Part shown: positions 1 through 10,581 of the stretch, piece after piece
How the letters are laid out: each line of letters starts with the position of its first letter
How positions within the stretch are numbered: the stretch's first letter is position 1
Source: an uncultured delta proteobacterium
Lineage (GTDB): Bacteria; Desulfobacterota; Binatia; Bin18
DNA: 64,000 nt
Direction: 5' to 3'
Assembly (NCBI GenBank): GCA_963733195.1
Contig: CAVTCR010000062.1
Coordinates: forward strand, 160,001 to 224,000
Notes under the pieces: model-generated
Seen by the model: the letters and a program-made list of their open reading frames with translations, nothing else
What the model was told of the DNA's origin: nothing
Database searches by the model: none
Position numbers and translations under genes: made by a program

Positions 1-96
1 AGCGGTGAGGAACGAGCGATGAGCAGAAAGTCTTGAAAATCGCGACTCTTCATTTTCCTACTCACAACTCGCCCCTCATTCCTTGTTCCTGAAATT

Positions 97-1092
97 CTAC
101 GCATTCACATCGATTACCACCCGTCCGCGCACCTGTCCTTTCAAGATCTCTTGGGCAAGTTCTGGCACTTTTGACATTGGCTCAACGGTGGTCATCGCAT
201 CCAACTTGGCGAGCGGCAGATCGCGCGCAAGTCGTCGCCATCCTTCAAGTCGCTGCGGTTTCGGGCACATGACCGAATCGATGCCTAGTAAATTGACCCC
301 ACGTAAAATGAATGGATAAACAGAGGTCGGCAAGTTCGTACCACCCGCAAGACCACAGGCAGCCACGGCACCACCATAACGCGTACCGCGCAACACGGAC
401 GCCAACGTCTCCCCGCCAACCGAGTCGATACCGCCAGCCCATCGTTCAGCATCAAGTGGTCGGCCAGAAGGCTTCTCCAGTGCAACCCGTTCAACGATGC
501 TTGTCGCTCCTAGTGACTTGAGATAATCGCCGAGTTCGGCCCGACCGGTTGAAGCCGCAACTTTGTAACCAAGTTTAGCAAGGATTGCCACCGCGACACT
601 ACCAACACCACCGGCAGCACCGGTGACAATCACTTCATGTTCCCCAGGCTTCACCCCCATACGCTCCAGTGCCATAACACTTAGGATCGAGGTGAACCCT
701 GCTGTACCAATCGCCATTGCTTGTTTAAGCGAGAATTCCTTCGGCACAGGCACCAACCAATCCGACTTCACACGTTGTTTCTGGGCAAAGCCACCCCAAT
801 GCGATTCACTTAGTCCCCACCCAGTGATCACGACCTGATCTCCGGGTTTGTAATCTGCGGAACTCGACTCCTCGACCGTTCCGGCGAGATCAATTCCACA
901 GACCATAGGGAGGCGTCGCGCAATCTTGGCCGTTCCTGTCACGGCAAGACCATCTTTGTAGTTGAGTGTCGAGTAGGTAACTCGAACAGTCACATCACCT
1001 ACCGGAAGATCATTCGTCGAAATCTCCTTCAGTGAGGCTCGAACTTTCCCGTCCACTTCTTCAGCAACAATCGCTTTCACTGTTTCCGCCAT
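97..1092 (-). CDS. acuI: MDR-family oxidoreductase, acryloyl-CoA reductase AcuI/YhdH-like
   Basis: 331-aa ORF with YSTLNYKDGLA, GIDLAGTV, AMAIGTAGFT, VTGAAGGVGS, PFILRGVNLLGIDSV and GQVRGRVVIDV, all typical of YhdH/AcuI. Confidence 0.92.
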   Translation of the reverse strand: MAETVKAIVAEEVDGKVRASLKEISTNDLPVGDVTVRVTYSTLNYKDGLAVTGTAKIARRLPMVCGIDLAGTVEESSSADYKPGDQVVITGWGLSESHWGGFAQKQRVKSDWLVPVPKEFSLKQAMAIGTAGFTSILSVMALERMGVKPGEHEVIVTGAAGGVGSVAVAILAKLGYKVAASTGRAELGDYLKSLGATSIVERVALEKPSGRPLDAERWAGGIDSVGGETLASVLRGTRYGGAVAACGLAGGTNLPTSVYPFILRGVNLLGIDSVMCPKPQRLEGWRRLARDLPLAKLDAMTTVEPMSKVPELAQEILKGQVRGRVVIDVNA

Positions 1093-1242
1093 GGTGCAAA
1101 CTCCTGTATATGATCTTCCTGAGCGACAACTCGGCCCCCAGACCGATAGTTGTGGGAAGACTTGGCCGAATCTACCACATGTCTCTGCATTTGACAGTGC
1201 CTTGAGTCTCGCTGAATAATCTTATTCCTGAAGGAAAAAAAG

Positions 1243-2415
1243 ATGCTGAATCTTCGTCTCCGTACAATAGCTGCAGATCCGTTTCGCCCATATCAAGATG
1301 CCAGCGGTCCAGAACGCATTTTTTCATTCTATGACCCTGTTTCGCAGATGCGTGCGGTACTCGTGATTGACACTACCGCCTTTGGCCTCAGTGCTGGTGG
1401 CATACGCATGCTCCCAGACTTATCACTCATGGAGATGGTGCGACTGGCACGAGCGATGACCTACAAGTATCTCATGCTCGAAGTCCACTGCGGTGGTGCA
1501 AAAGCCGGCGTATGGTACGACTCGACCACACATGACCGCCAAGCGGTATGGAACGCGTTCCTCGCTGCCCTGCGCCCGTTCGTCGAAAAACGCATGTATC
1601 TTCCAGGTACCGATATGGGGACGACGGAAGAGGACTTCCAGTCTCTTCATGAGGAAGGTGCACGTCAGCGTTCCGGTGGACTTCTCAAGCAAGTCATCGA
1701 CGGGCTCCCGCTGGAAGATCAACTCACCGGTTTCGGTGTCGTCGAATCTGCGCGCGTCGCGGCTGATTTCTTTGCTGTCCCTATGGACGGTGCAACTGTC
1801 GCGATCGAAGGATTTGGCAAAGTCGGTGGTGGAGCCGCACGCTTCTTTGTCCGCTTGGGCGCACGAGTCGTGGCGGTCTCAACTATCGCCGGGACGCGCT
1901 ACGATCCTAAAGGATTAGACATTGAGCAGCTTTTCGCGCTTCGTCGTACATATGGAGACGAAGCCGTGCGGCACTATCCGAGCGGAAAATTGTTTTCCCG
2001 TAACCGCCTGTTCTCTCTACCTGTCGATATTCTTATCCCCGGCGCACGCCCGGATGCCATCAACGCTAAAAATGTCGAGAAAGTTCAGGCAAAGCTCATA
2101 GTACCAGGAGCAAATATTCCTTTTACCGTCGCGATAGCGAATCGCCTGTCAGCCCGTGGGATCGGAGTCGTACCGGATTTTGTTGCCAACGGTGGCGGAG
2201 TGTTAGCTGCTCTTGCTGATCTCCAGGGGCTCGACGTTGACGCAGCTTTTCGTTCTGTACGTGAGCGTATCAGCGCGAATACCACACTCGTACTCAACCG
2301 TAGCCGCGAGCATCACTGCACGCCTGTCGATGCGGCAATGCAAATCTGTCAGGAACGCTGGCAGCAAAAGGCCGCACCTGAACGCAAATTAGCACTTCAT
2401 TCTCACTTAATATGA
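1243..2415 (+). CDS. Glu/Leu/Phe/Val dehydrogenase family protein
   Basis: GGIRM, LARAMTYK, GGAKAG, GTDMGT, EGFGKVG (Rossmann), GANIP, VPDFVANGGGV. Confidence 0.9.
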   Translation: MLNLRLRTIAADPFRPYQDASGPERIFSFYDPVSQMRAVLVIDTTAFGLSAGGIRMLPDLSLMEMVRLARAMTYKYLMLEVHCGGAKAGVWYDSTTHDRQAVWNAFLAALRPFVEKRMYLPGTDMGTTEEDFQSLHEEGARQRSGGLLKQVIDGLPLEDQLTGFGVVESARVAADFFAVPMDGATVAIEGFGKVGGGAARFFVRLGARVVAVSTIAGTRYDPKGLDIEQLFALRRTYGDEAVRHYPSGKLFSRNRLFSLPVDILIPGARPDAINAKNVEKVQAKLIVPGANIPFTVAIANRLSARGIGVVPDFVANGGGVLAALADLQGLDVDAAFRSVRERISANTTLVLNRSREHHCTPVDAAMQICQERWQQKAAPERKLALHSHLI

Positions 2416-2456
2416 TACACTCCAGCTTTGGGAGGCTGAACGCTAGACTTCCAAAC

Positions 2457-3140
2457 CTAAGCGAATTTCTCGTATTTCCAGCCACTGTCAATCATCCACA
2501 ACCGGTGACGTTGACCGGGACGATCAACGTTTATGTCCGGATACCCAACGTCATCTTCGTACATTGAACAAATGCCTCCAGACACCTTTGTATAACGAGG
2601 AATGAAGATTTCCGGTTCTTTTGCGGCAAAATGTGAGAGTGCCTCGGGAAGCGAACCATACGCGGACAACTTGGTGAGAGTAACAAAAGTTGGTGGGGGG
2701 AGTTCGATTTCCTGGGTGCGTTGTGCTGCCAACGCTAGATCTGGTCGCATCCATCGATGGTCGTGAATTTCGTCACCATCGATTTGTACTGCGCCATCCT
2801 GCGCAGCCGCCAGAAAGAACCATGTCGCGTACCGTTGCGGCTGTCCTTCTGGCGTTGTCCAATGCGAGATCCAGATCATTTCTTCGCAAGGAACAGTCAA
2901 GCCTGCCTCTTCTTGGGCCTCGCGAACCGCAGCCCGGCGTGCAGCAGCGAGTGTATCGTCGGATTTTCCTGGGATATAATCTTCTGGATCGATGCGCCCC
3001 CCAGGAAAAACCCACGCTCCGCCATGAAAGGCGATCTTTGAATTGCGTCGAAGCAGGAGTGTTTCCAAGTGACCACTCTCTTCGCGCAAAAGAATGACTG
3101 TCGCAGACGGAATGGGAGTAACAACAGGTGTGTTTGTCAT
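2457..3140 (-). CDS. NUDIX hydrolase
   Basis: SATVILLR, WVFPGGRID, AAVREAQEEAG Nudix box, SHWTTP; start placed at MTNTPVV (ATG 3140). Confidence 0.88.
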   Translation of the reverse strand: MTNTPVVTPIPSATVILLREESGHLETLLLRRNSKIAFHGGAWVFPGGRIDPEDYIPGKSDDTLAAARRAAVREAQEEAGLTVPCEEMIWISHWTTPEGQPQRYATWFFLAAAQDGAVQIDGDEIHDHRWMRPDLALAAQRTQEIELPPPTFVTLTKLSAYGSLPEALSHFAAKEPEIFIPRYTKVSGGICSMYEDDVGYPDINVDRPGQRHRLWMIDSGWKYEKFA

Positions 3141-3195
3141 TTGGTTACTATATCGAGTGCAGATAGAAACGCCTAGAAGGCAAAATAAGAGTTGC

Positions 3196-3222
3196 GTAGA
3201 GACGCCCACCGGGCGTCTCTAC
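3196..3222. repeat. GTAG-type REP palindrome
   Basis: GTAGAGACGCCC-ACC-GGGCGTCTCTAC, perfect 12-bp stem, intergenic. Confidence 0.8.
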
Positions 3223-3282
3223 GAAACAGTCCGTGACTGGCCTGTTCGCCAAAATCTAACAGTACGAAGAGAGAGATTTTCT

Positions 3283-3874
3283 CTATTGCCACGGCCAATC
3301 GCGCGAGTAGCCACGACGACGACCTACAGTAAATTCTGCTCGACACCCACGATCAACCCATATCCCACCGGAGTCGTAGCCCCAGGAACGCCATTTGACA
3401 CATTGAGCCTCAGAGAGCTGCCGTTCCAGTCGAACATAGCCACCGGTATCACCCGGACAATAATTATATCGCTCACCTTTGCTCGCGCAGCGGATCGATC
3501 GGGCTGGACGAGCCGATTCATCATAGTAATCACGCTCATCATAGTCTCGTGGGCGTTTACGCGGACTATCGTAGTACCCACGTCTGCCCAACAATGAACC
3601 GGGCTCGGCACCCGTTATCTACCCAAATCCCCCAATCATCATAGCCCCACGTTCGCCCAGCAACACATGGAGTGTCAGAGTATTGTTCATCGAGACGAAC
3701 ATAGCCGTCCGTTTGCGCTCGACAGTAGCGATGACGTCCTTGTTCACTCGCGCAATCAAGTGTTTGTGCCGCCTGCACTGGCGAGGCAAAGCATCCACAA
3801 CAAACCTACACCGCCAAGATAAGGAGAACGAAAGACTTTCCGCCCTGAGCACTTACCCAAAGTTGAGTGTTCAT
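3283..3874 (-). CDS. Exported tandem DUF3011-like repeat protein (frameshifted)
   Basis: Two homologous Cys-rich units in different frames (LDCASEQGRHRYC...CVAGRTWGYDDWGIWVDNGCRARF and IRCASKGERYNYC...CVKWRSWGYDSGGIWVDRGCRAEF); hydrophobic N-terminus from ATG 3874 joined by 2-3 indels. Confidence 0.75.
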
Positions 3875-3905
3875 ATCCACACCCCCTGGGTATAACGTAT
3901 AGTTC

Positions 3906-4364
3906 CTATTTGACGCGTTGCCAAGTGATTCGCATGTTCAGTTGTTCGTTGCCCACTTGTCGTTGTGGTGGTTTTAGCACGAAGTATCACCAGACAGTTC
4001 ATAGAGACCGCTTCTGATCCGAACCAACGTAATTTGGAAACGCACTTCCCTCGACATGGTGGACAACAAAGCCTTCAGCCTCATTGATCTCATACGTACC
4101 GAAATAGGCACTATACCCATCCCAGGCGGCTTTGAGCTCTTCTGCAGTGCCTTTCTCGATATCATTGACAGCAAACTTCGGACGATCAGGACGCATGATC
4201 TGTACCGCGACATGTCCAGTGGAGTCATACATCAAATAGCCAATTGTCTTTGTCCCATATCGCGCCGGTGTCGAAGCAACCTCGCCGTTTGGCCGTCGGG
4301 CTTCAACAGAGGCTAACCTCCATGTACCGATAAACTTGCTTGCGATTCCTGATGTGTTGTTCAT
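3906..4364 (-). CDS. Lipocalin-like domain protein (frameshifted near C-terminus)
   Basis: FIGTWRLAS, GYLMYDSTGHVAVQIM, YSAYFGTYEI, HHVEGSAFPNYVG; tail continues in other frames to ...RITWQRVK-TAG (3906). Confidence 0.8.
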
Positions 4365-4394
4365 AGGTGCCTTCTTTACGTTTTGTAGTAAAAA

Positions 4395-4490
4395 GGCGGG
4401 CACAGCCCGCCCTACGAAGCTTCGTGTGCATAGCGCACGCTACACTTTCGACTTCGGACTCTGGACTCACAGACTCCAGACTACTAGACT
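4395..4490. repeat. GTAG-type REP hairpin followed by short ~7-bp GACT tandem repeats
   Basis: GGCGGGC-ACA-GCCCGCC-CTAC at 4395-4415; tcgact/tcggact/ctggact/cagact/ccagact/ctagact at 4448-4490. Confidence 0.6.
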
Positions 4491-6082
4491 CTCTTTATGG
4501 CGAGTACACTTCCCTCACCATCACCGGCGACATAGATCGTGCCGTCACTACCAACCGCTAATCCGGCAAACGGCGAGAGAGGACCAGGAATCAGATCAGG
4601 AACTCCCATCAACGGTTTCGGAGTAACACCGGGAGCAGCACCAACTGGAAGGCCGGAGACGAGTGTCTGTTGTTGCTTGGTTGATAGTGAGAAGCTCACT
4701 AACTTCTTGCTCCCAACATCAAGGATGAGCAGTTGATCACCGGCAAGTGCAACGCCATGTGGAGTTTGGAGCCCTTCAACGACCGTTGTTTTTCCACCGT
4801 TGAGTTTAATGACACGACCGGCACTTGCTTCACTCACATAACACGAACCATCCGCCGTTGCGGCAACACCAGCCGGGCGTCCGAGCCCCTGTGCAACAAC
4901 GGAGACGTCACCTTTGCTGTTCACCTTCACAACTCTTCCTGCGCCCGCTTCTGCCACAATCGCCGAACCATCTGAGGCACAGGCTAAGCCCAGCGCTTCT
5001 TGCAAGCCGGTGGTCAACGTCTGAGATGCGCGCGTCCCAGGATGATAAGAACTAACAGTACCAGCCGAATTAGTCACATACAGTGCACCACCAGGAGCAG
5101 CAGCGATACCACGAACAAATCCTGGGAACCCTTCATCGAGCAGCATGCCCGATCGGCTTTGCTTGCCATCACGAGAAATCACCACAAAGCTCATCCCATC
5201 AGCAGCATAGAGCGTCCCATCGTTGCCAACCGCCAAACCCATGGGGCCGAGCAATCCAGCCGGAACCAGGACACGTTCTTGTCCATTACTGAGGATTTCC
5301 GCAACTCCACCGTCAATGAAGTGAGAGATAAATATACGGTTGTCCGTATCGACCGCAAAGTTGTCGATTCCCGGTCGTACTTTGCTGATCGTAGTTTTTA
5401 CCCCGCTTTGGATGTCGATCTTGATCACTTCGCCGCTCCCCGCGAGCGTGGAAGTCAGCACTCCTTTTTGATCAAACTTCACTGCCGTAGGCACGGCTAA
5501 TCCAGCGATAAACCGTTGCGGTGTTCCACCAGTAAGTGGAACGCGCCAGATCTCTCCAGCGGCAATCTGTGGAAAGTAAATCTGTTCATCTGGGCCAACT
5601 GACAATGCGTTCGGCAGCGCAAGATTATCGGCGATCAATCGCGGCGTACGCCCGTCAGGAAAGAGCTCGAACAGCCGCCCGCCTGGTCGGCATTCGTCCA
5701 TGAACAGACGATCCTTATATGCCGTAATACCGTTGGCACCAGGAACATTATCCGCGATGATGCGAGTCTGCCCATCGGAAGTGCGCGCGCTGACCCGCGC
5801 ACTCATCACTTCTGTAACATACATCACTCCTCGTGAGTCAAACGCAATGTCGTCTGGCGCAACGATCGGTCCACCCACTGGTGAGATGGTCTGACACGCA
5901 CCGGTCTTGGTGTCTATCGCACTCACCTGACTGCCAAATGCCTGGACGACATACAGCCGTCCATCGGGGCCAAATCGCATGCCATTGGCACCAAACAGCC
6001 CACTGGGGGGTGAGAGGTGTGTCACGTGCCATCCGGCTGCCGTTTTAGGTCCCGCGTTGCCTTCTGCTTGATAACGGTTCAT
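4484..6082 (-). CDS. SMP-30/gluconolactonase/NHL-type double beta-propeller protein
   Basis: 532 aa with repeated blades (ANGMRFGPDGRLYV, PDDIAFDSRGVMYV, PMGLAVGNDGTLY, PAGVAATADGSCYV). Confidence 0.8.
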   Translation of the reverse strand: MNRYQAEGNAGPKTAAGWHVTHLSPPSGLFGANGMRFGPDGRLYVVQAFGSQVSAIDTKTGACQTISPVGGPIVAPDDIAFDSRGVMYVTEVMSARVSARTSDGQTRIIADNVPGANGITAYKDRLFMDECRPGGRLFELFPDGRTPRLIADNLALPNALSVGPDEQIYFPQIAAGEIWRVPLTGGTPQRFIAGLAVPTAVKFDQKGVLTSTLAGSGEVIKIDIQSGVKTTISKVRPGIDNFAVDTDNRIFISHFIDGGVAEILSNGQERVLVPAGLLGPMGLAVGNDGTLYAADGMSFVVISRDGKQSRSGMLLDEGFPGFVRGIAAAPGGALYVTNSAGTVSSYHPGTRASQTLTTGLQEALGLACASDGSAIVAEAGAGRVVKVNSKGDVSVVAQGLGRPAGVAATADGSCYVSEASAGRVIKLNGGKTTVVEGLQTPHGVALAGDQLLILDVGSKKLVSFSLSTKQQQTLVSGLPVGAAPGVTPKPLMGVPDLIPGPLSPFAGLAVGSDGTIYVAGDGEGSVLAIKRV

Positions 6083-6226
6083 AGAATACCCTCCTCTTTT
6101 GGTCCCAGGTTATAGCACAATTGAGGAGAGACCCGGCAAGGACCAGCTCTGTTGCGAAGGGAAAGGCGTCCAGCCTTCTTCGTCACAGCCCGACACCGTT
6201 AAACCAAACTATATGGAGGAGCTATT

Positions 6227-6499
6227 TTGCTATACATGATCATTGAACATTTCAAGAATCAGGACTCTGTTCTGGTGTATCGACGCTTCTGTGATCAGGG
6301 CCGTCTCGCGCCGGAGGGGTTGCGTTATGTAGCAAGTTGGGTCGATGAAACTCTTAGCCGTTGTTTTCAACTCATGGAAACAAGTGATCGCAGACTTCTC
6401 GATGAATGGATGACCAATTGGAGTGACATTGTCGATTTCGAGGTGTACCCAGTCATAACTTCGCAAGAAGCAGCAGAAAAGGTTTCGCCGCATCTATGA
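6227..6499 (+). CDS. DUF3303 family small protein
   Basis: MLYMIIEHF...PEGLRYVASWVD...RCFQLME...WSDIVDFEVYPV; GGAGGA RBS upstream of TTG. Confidence 0.8.
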   Translation: MLYMIIEHFKNQDSVLVYRRFCDQGRLAPEGLRYVASWVDETLSRCFQLMETSDRRLLDEWMTNWSDIVDFEVYPVITSQEAAEKVSPHL

Positions 6500-6577
6500 A
6501 CAGGGGCGCTAGATGCTTGTCATTCGTCGCATCAACTTACCGCTCGAAAAGGGCGGCTTCTCTGTGTAGATATACCA

Positions 6578-7745
6578 ATGGCGGCCAAGAGAAAAAAACC
6601 TATGCCAACATCGCTCTTACATAAAGCAGTTCCCCTGTTGCGACGAGAATGGGCTTTATTCGTAAGCATCATTACGACAGCGCTGTTTCTCGTGTTTGGG
6701 AAAGCGTGGCTCAGCAATCTCGACAATTCTATCTGGTTCGCCCTTATGTTGGGATGGCTCTTTGGGGCGATTTTGGTTTCGGCGTTCGCCGTTGTGCGCC
6801 ATGCAGAAGGTCTCGCTGTGCGGCTCGGCGAGCCTTTTGGCACGCTGGTGCTGACGTTGTCCATGAGCGGCATGGAGATGATGATGATCACGGCGGTCAT
6901 GTACAGCGGCCAAGGAGAATCTTCATTGGCACGTGACACCATGCTTGCAATCGTGATGATCGTATTGAATGGGCTGGTAGGTGCCTGCCTACTGCTCGGC
7001 GGGTTGCGCTACCATGAACAGACGTACAACCTCTATGGGGCAAACGCCTTTCTGGCGGTGATCCTGCCATTGTCGGTTCTCGGCTTGGTGCTGCCGAGGT
7101 TCACCGTGTCGTCACTGGGGCCCACCCTCTCCCCACTACAGTCCACGTTTCTCATTTTTATGTCGATGGGCCTGTATGGTGTGTTCCTCGCAATCCAGAC
7201 CACACGCCATCGCGACTATTTTGTTTCGACGAGCGCTGTGACAGCAACGATGAACAACCAAGAAGCAGACCTGCATGACAAGTTCGAGGTGCAGTCGGTG
7301 AGAATATCACAGCCTGCTGCTGCTAGCGTATGGTATTCCCATTGTTCTTCTGGCTAAACAGATCGCGGTGCCGATCGATTACAGCATCAGTGTTCTGGGA
7401 GCGCCTCCCGCACTCGGAGGTTTACTGGTGGCAGCATTGATACTTTCCCCTGAATCCCTGGCCGCGGTCCGGGCTGCACTCTCTAATCAGCTTCAGCGTT
7501 CGATCAATCTCGCGCTGGGAACCGCACTGTCGAGCATCAGCCTGACAATCCCAGCGGTCCTCATCATCGGCTTCATTACGGAGAGAACGATTATTCTCGG
7601 ACTCGATGACGTTAATACAATCTTGCTGCTGTTGACACTGGTGGTGAGCATGCTGACCTTCGCTCTTGAACGAACCAATGTGCTTCTCGGTGCGGTCCAT
7701 TTGTTATTGTTCTTCGCCTACCTTATGCTTATTTTTGAAAGATAA
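6578..7745 (+). CDS. chaA: Ca2+(Na+)/H+ antiporter ChaA (one frameshift near 7300)
   Basis: VVRHAEGLAVRLGEPFGTLVLTLS, LARDTMLAIVMIVLNGLVG, LLGGLRYHEQ; second half LSPESLAAVRAA, QLQRSINLALG, TIPAV. Confidence 0.88.
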
Positions 7746-7758
7746 AGGTCGTGTGTAT

Positions 7759-9108
7759 ATGACCATCCCCGCTCAATTTCACGTGCTCGTCATTGACGAC
7801 GAGAAAAACATCCGCGCCACCCTTGCGACCTGTTTAGAAAGTATGGCGTGTCAGGTAACGGCGGTTGCTTCCGCTGACGCCGCGTTGGCGGCACTTGCCC
7901 GCCAAGCTTTCGACTTAGCGTTTCTGGATCTTCGTCTAGGCCAGGAGAATGGGCTTGACCTTATCCCCAAACTCCTCGCCGAAGCCCCAGATCTTGCCAT
8001 CGTCGTCATCACCGCCTACGCGACGGTAGATACCGCTGTCGATGCAATCAAACGTGGTGCGAAAGACTATCTTCCCAAGCCGTTCACCCCGGCGCAAATT
8101 CGCCACCTTGTGGAACGATTTGCTGAGCAACAGCACCTTACGACCCGTATTCGCGACCTTGAAGCACGATTGCAAGAGGCGGTTCCGGAGGTCGATGTCG
8201 AGACGGCTTCCCCGAAAATGCGTGCTGCGCTTGAGATCGTTGCACGCGTGGCTCCCACGGACGCGCCGGTTCTCTTGCGGGGTGAGAGCGGAACAGGCAA
8301 AGGGGTCGTCGCACACCTCCTGCACACGCAAAGTGGGCGCGCTGCCAAACCTTTTGTGATGGTCAACTGCCCAACGCTTTCTGAAGAACTCCTGGCGAGT
8401 GAACTTTTCGGGCACATGCGGGGTGCCTTTACCGGTGCTGTTCGTGACCAGCCGGGTCGTGTAGAGATGGCAGACGGTGGCACTCTATTTCTTGACGAAA
8501 TTGGCGAGATCGCGCCGGGACTGCAAGCAAAACTATTGCGGTTTCTCCAGGACAAACAATTTGAACGACTTGGTGAGAATAAAACCAGATACGCAGACGT
8601 TCGTGTGCTCGCGGCTACCAACCGCGATCTCGAAACCGACGTAAAAACTGGCCGCTTCCGTGAGGACCTCCTCTATCGTCTCAATGTGATTGAAGTGACG
8701 CTCCCGCCGTTGCGTGAACGCTCAGAGGACATTCTTCGGCTTGCGCGCTGGTTTCTCGCATTTTTTGCTCGCAGCGCGCGCCGGTCACTCCCCGAACTGT
8801 CGCCAGCTGCTGAGCAGACGCTGTTGACATATGCGTGGCCGGGAAACGTACGCGAACTCCGCAACGCAATTGAACGCGCGGTCATTCTTTGGCCTGCACA
8901 GGTTATCGAGCCGCAGGCGTTTCCTGAACGAATCGTCTCACATTCTAATCTTGGGTCGCAACTCGGCGGTGATCACACGATTGAGACGATCGAGCGTGAG
9001 CACATCCTGAGAGTGCTCGCACGTACGAGTACATTAGAAGAGGCGGCGCAGGTGCTTGGTATCGATGCGTCGACGTTATGGCGCAAGCGGAAAAAATACG
9101 AAGAGTAG
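7759..9108 (+). CDS. Sigma-54-dependent response regulator (REC-AAA-HTH), AlgB-like
   Basis: REC (VIDDE, FLDLRL, KPF), GESGTGK, GAFTGA, LFLDEIGE, WPGNVRELRN, C-terminal LGIDASTLWRKRKKY. Confidence 0.92.
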   Translation: MTIPAQFHVLVIDDEKNIRATLATCLESMACQVTAVASADAALAALARQAFDLAFLDLRLGQENGLDLIPKLLAEAPDLAIVVITAYATVDTAVDAIKRGAKDYLPKPFTPAQIRHLVERFAEQQHLTTRIRDLEARLQEAVPEVDVETASPKMRAALEIVARVAPTDAPVLLRGESGTGKGVVAHLLHTQSGRAAKPFVMVNCPTLSEELLASELFGHMRGAFTGAVRDQPGRVEMADGGTLFLDEIGEIAPGLQAKLLRFLQDKQFERLGENKTRYADVRVLAATNRDLETDVKTGRFREDLLYRLNVIEVTLPPLRERSEDILRLARWFLAFFARSARRSLPELSPAAEQTLLTYAWPGNVRELRNAIERAVILWPAQVIEPQAFPERIVSHSNLGSQLGGDHTIETIEREHILRVLARTSTLEEAAQVLGIDASTLWRKRKKYEE

Positions 9109-9181
9109 ACTTTCTACAGTTTCTCTTTGAGAACTAGACACGGAATACGCGCCCTTCGACTATAAAAAAGACTGAACGAGC

Positions 9182-9256
9182 CTGGATGCCCGCTTACGCG
9201 GGCATGACGAAGAGCGTTCTCTCAGGCATGTCATTCCCGCGAACGCGGGAATCCAG
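9182..9256. repeat. Inverted pair of GTCATTCCCGC...GGGAATCCAG-type REP palindromes
   Basis: CTGGATGCCCGCTTACGCGGGCATGAC (9182-9208) and GTCATTCCCGCGAACGCGGGAATCCAG (9230-9256) between convergent genes. Confidence 0.85.
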
Positions 9257-9275
9257 TTTTTTGATGGCGGCACGG

Positions 9276-9761
9276 CTACAGTACAATGATACCAGTGCGA
9301 ATGAGATACGCGAGCTTGGTGCGTTGCTCGGCATCAAGCAGCGTGTGGATCTGGCGGAGTGCAGCCACCAATGCGTTCTGCAGCCGCTCCGTACTCTTCA
9401 CCCGGAGCGCAGCCCCTTCACTAGCTTTCTCTGCATCAAATGAGGCCGCAGCGAGGGCATCAGCGAACGCTGAAACTGTACGCCGCTCGTCGACCTCCGC
9501 TTGCGCCCGCTCGGTCTTCAGTTCATTGAGAATACGTGCCAGCTCGTTGACCTGATTGGGATCGAGGTCAAGCTTATAAGCCAAGAGGCGCAGCGGCCGA
9601 CGCACGCCAAATGCTGTGCCGCCGTAATCACTGTGCCGACCACTAGTAGCATAACTTTGATACCGATCACGCCAATCTGTGAAGGGTCCACAATCAGCCC
9701 ATCCACCTCGCTCATTACGGCGGCGGGCATACTCCCACCAATGAAGCATTCCTGAATGCAT
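9276..9761 (-). CDS. Spy/CpxP-like (heavy-metal-sensor-like) helical protein
   Basis: RRPLRLLAYKLDLDPNQVNEL...QIHTLLDAEQRTKLA; GGAGG RBS before ATG 9761. Confidence 0.6.
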   Translation of the reverse strand: MHSGMLHWWEYARRRNERGGWADCGPFTDWRDRYQSYATSGRHSDYGGTAFGVRRPLRLLAYKLDLDPNQVNELARILNELKTERAQAEVDERRTVSAFADALAAASFDAEKASEGAALRVKSTERLQNALVAALRQIHTLLDAEQRTKLAYLIRTGIIVL

Positions 9762-9927
9762 AGATCCTCCTCTCGCCAGGGCTATCGCTCCTAGCGGGTT
9801 TGTTGAAACGTGGGCACCATGCCTCACGTTGTTTCGTCACGGTAATCGTGGCTCTCGTGACAGTCAACCGGGGATCAAACTTGACGACCCTCGCCGTGCT
9901 CCAGGAGTGAGTTCGTGCCTTCTTTGC

Positions 9928-10581
9928 CTAGCTCACTTTGGCGTTCATTCGTCCTAAACGTACGAGCGCCTCGCGTGCGGGCTGGAACGTAGGTCTGACA
10001 TCCAGGGCCATATAATAATAGTGTGCAGCTTGACGCATGTCCCCTTCTTCTTCACTGAGAGAGCCTAACCGGTAGTAGGGCTCTGGCCGCATGAGCTCAC
10101 GCAGCATCGCGGTTTTGAGGTATGCTCGTGCTTCGCCGTAGGCCTTTCGCTTTCGTGCCAGCTCTGCCAGATGGAGGAGGTCCTCAACTGATCCGCCAGA
10201 CCCTAACTGTTTGCGCACAAGAATTTCCTCAACGAGGCGCTGAATCGCTTTTGGGTCGAATGGCTTCTCTATGAAGTCTGTAGCTCCGAGCTTCATAGCC
10301 TCAACTGCACTTGCGACTGATCCGTAAGCGGTTAGGATCACGACTGCGGTCGTGCTGCTCAGGCCACGGAGGAAGCGCGTGAGTTCAAGTCCCCCCATCT
10401 TCGGCATCTGCAGGTCGACGAAAGCGATGTCGTAGTATTGCTCCTTACTCTTAGTGAGTGCCTCCTTCCCATCTCCCGCAGTGTCAACCTCATAACCAGC
10501 CGCCTCCAACACCATACTAAAGTTTTTACGAATGTTTCGCTCGTCATCAACGACGAGAATTCGCGCTTGCGGCTTCGTCAT
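9928..10581 (-). CDS. Response regulator with REC plus TPR-like C-terminus, no DNA-binding domain
   Basis: [22 protein letters not shown], then [15 protein letters not shown]...[18 protein letters not shown]. Confidence 0.85.
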   Translation of the reverse strand: MTKPQARILVVDDERNIRKNFSMVLEAAGYEVDTAGDGKEALTKSKEQYYDIAFVDLQMPKMGGLELTRFLRGLSSTTAVVILTAYGSVASAVEAMKLGATDFIEKPFDPKAIQRLVEEILVRKQLGSGGSVEDLLHLAELARKRKAYGEARAYLKTAMLRELMRPEPYYRLGSLSEEEGDMRQAAHYYYMALDVRPTFQPAREALVRLGRMNAKVS

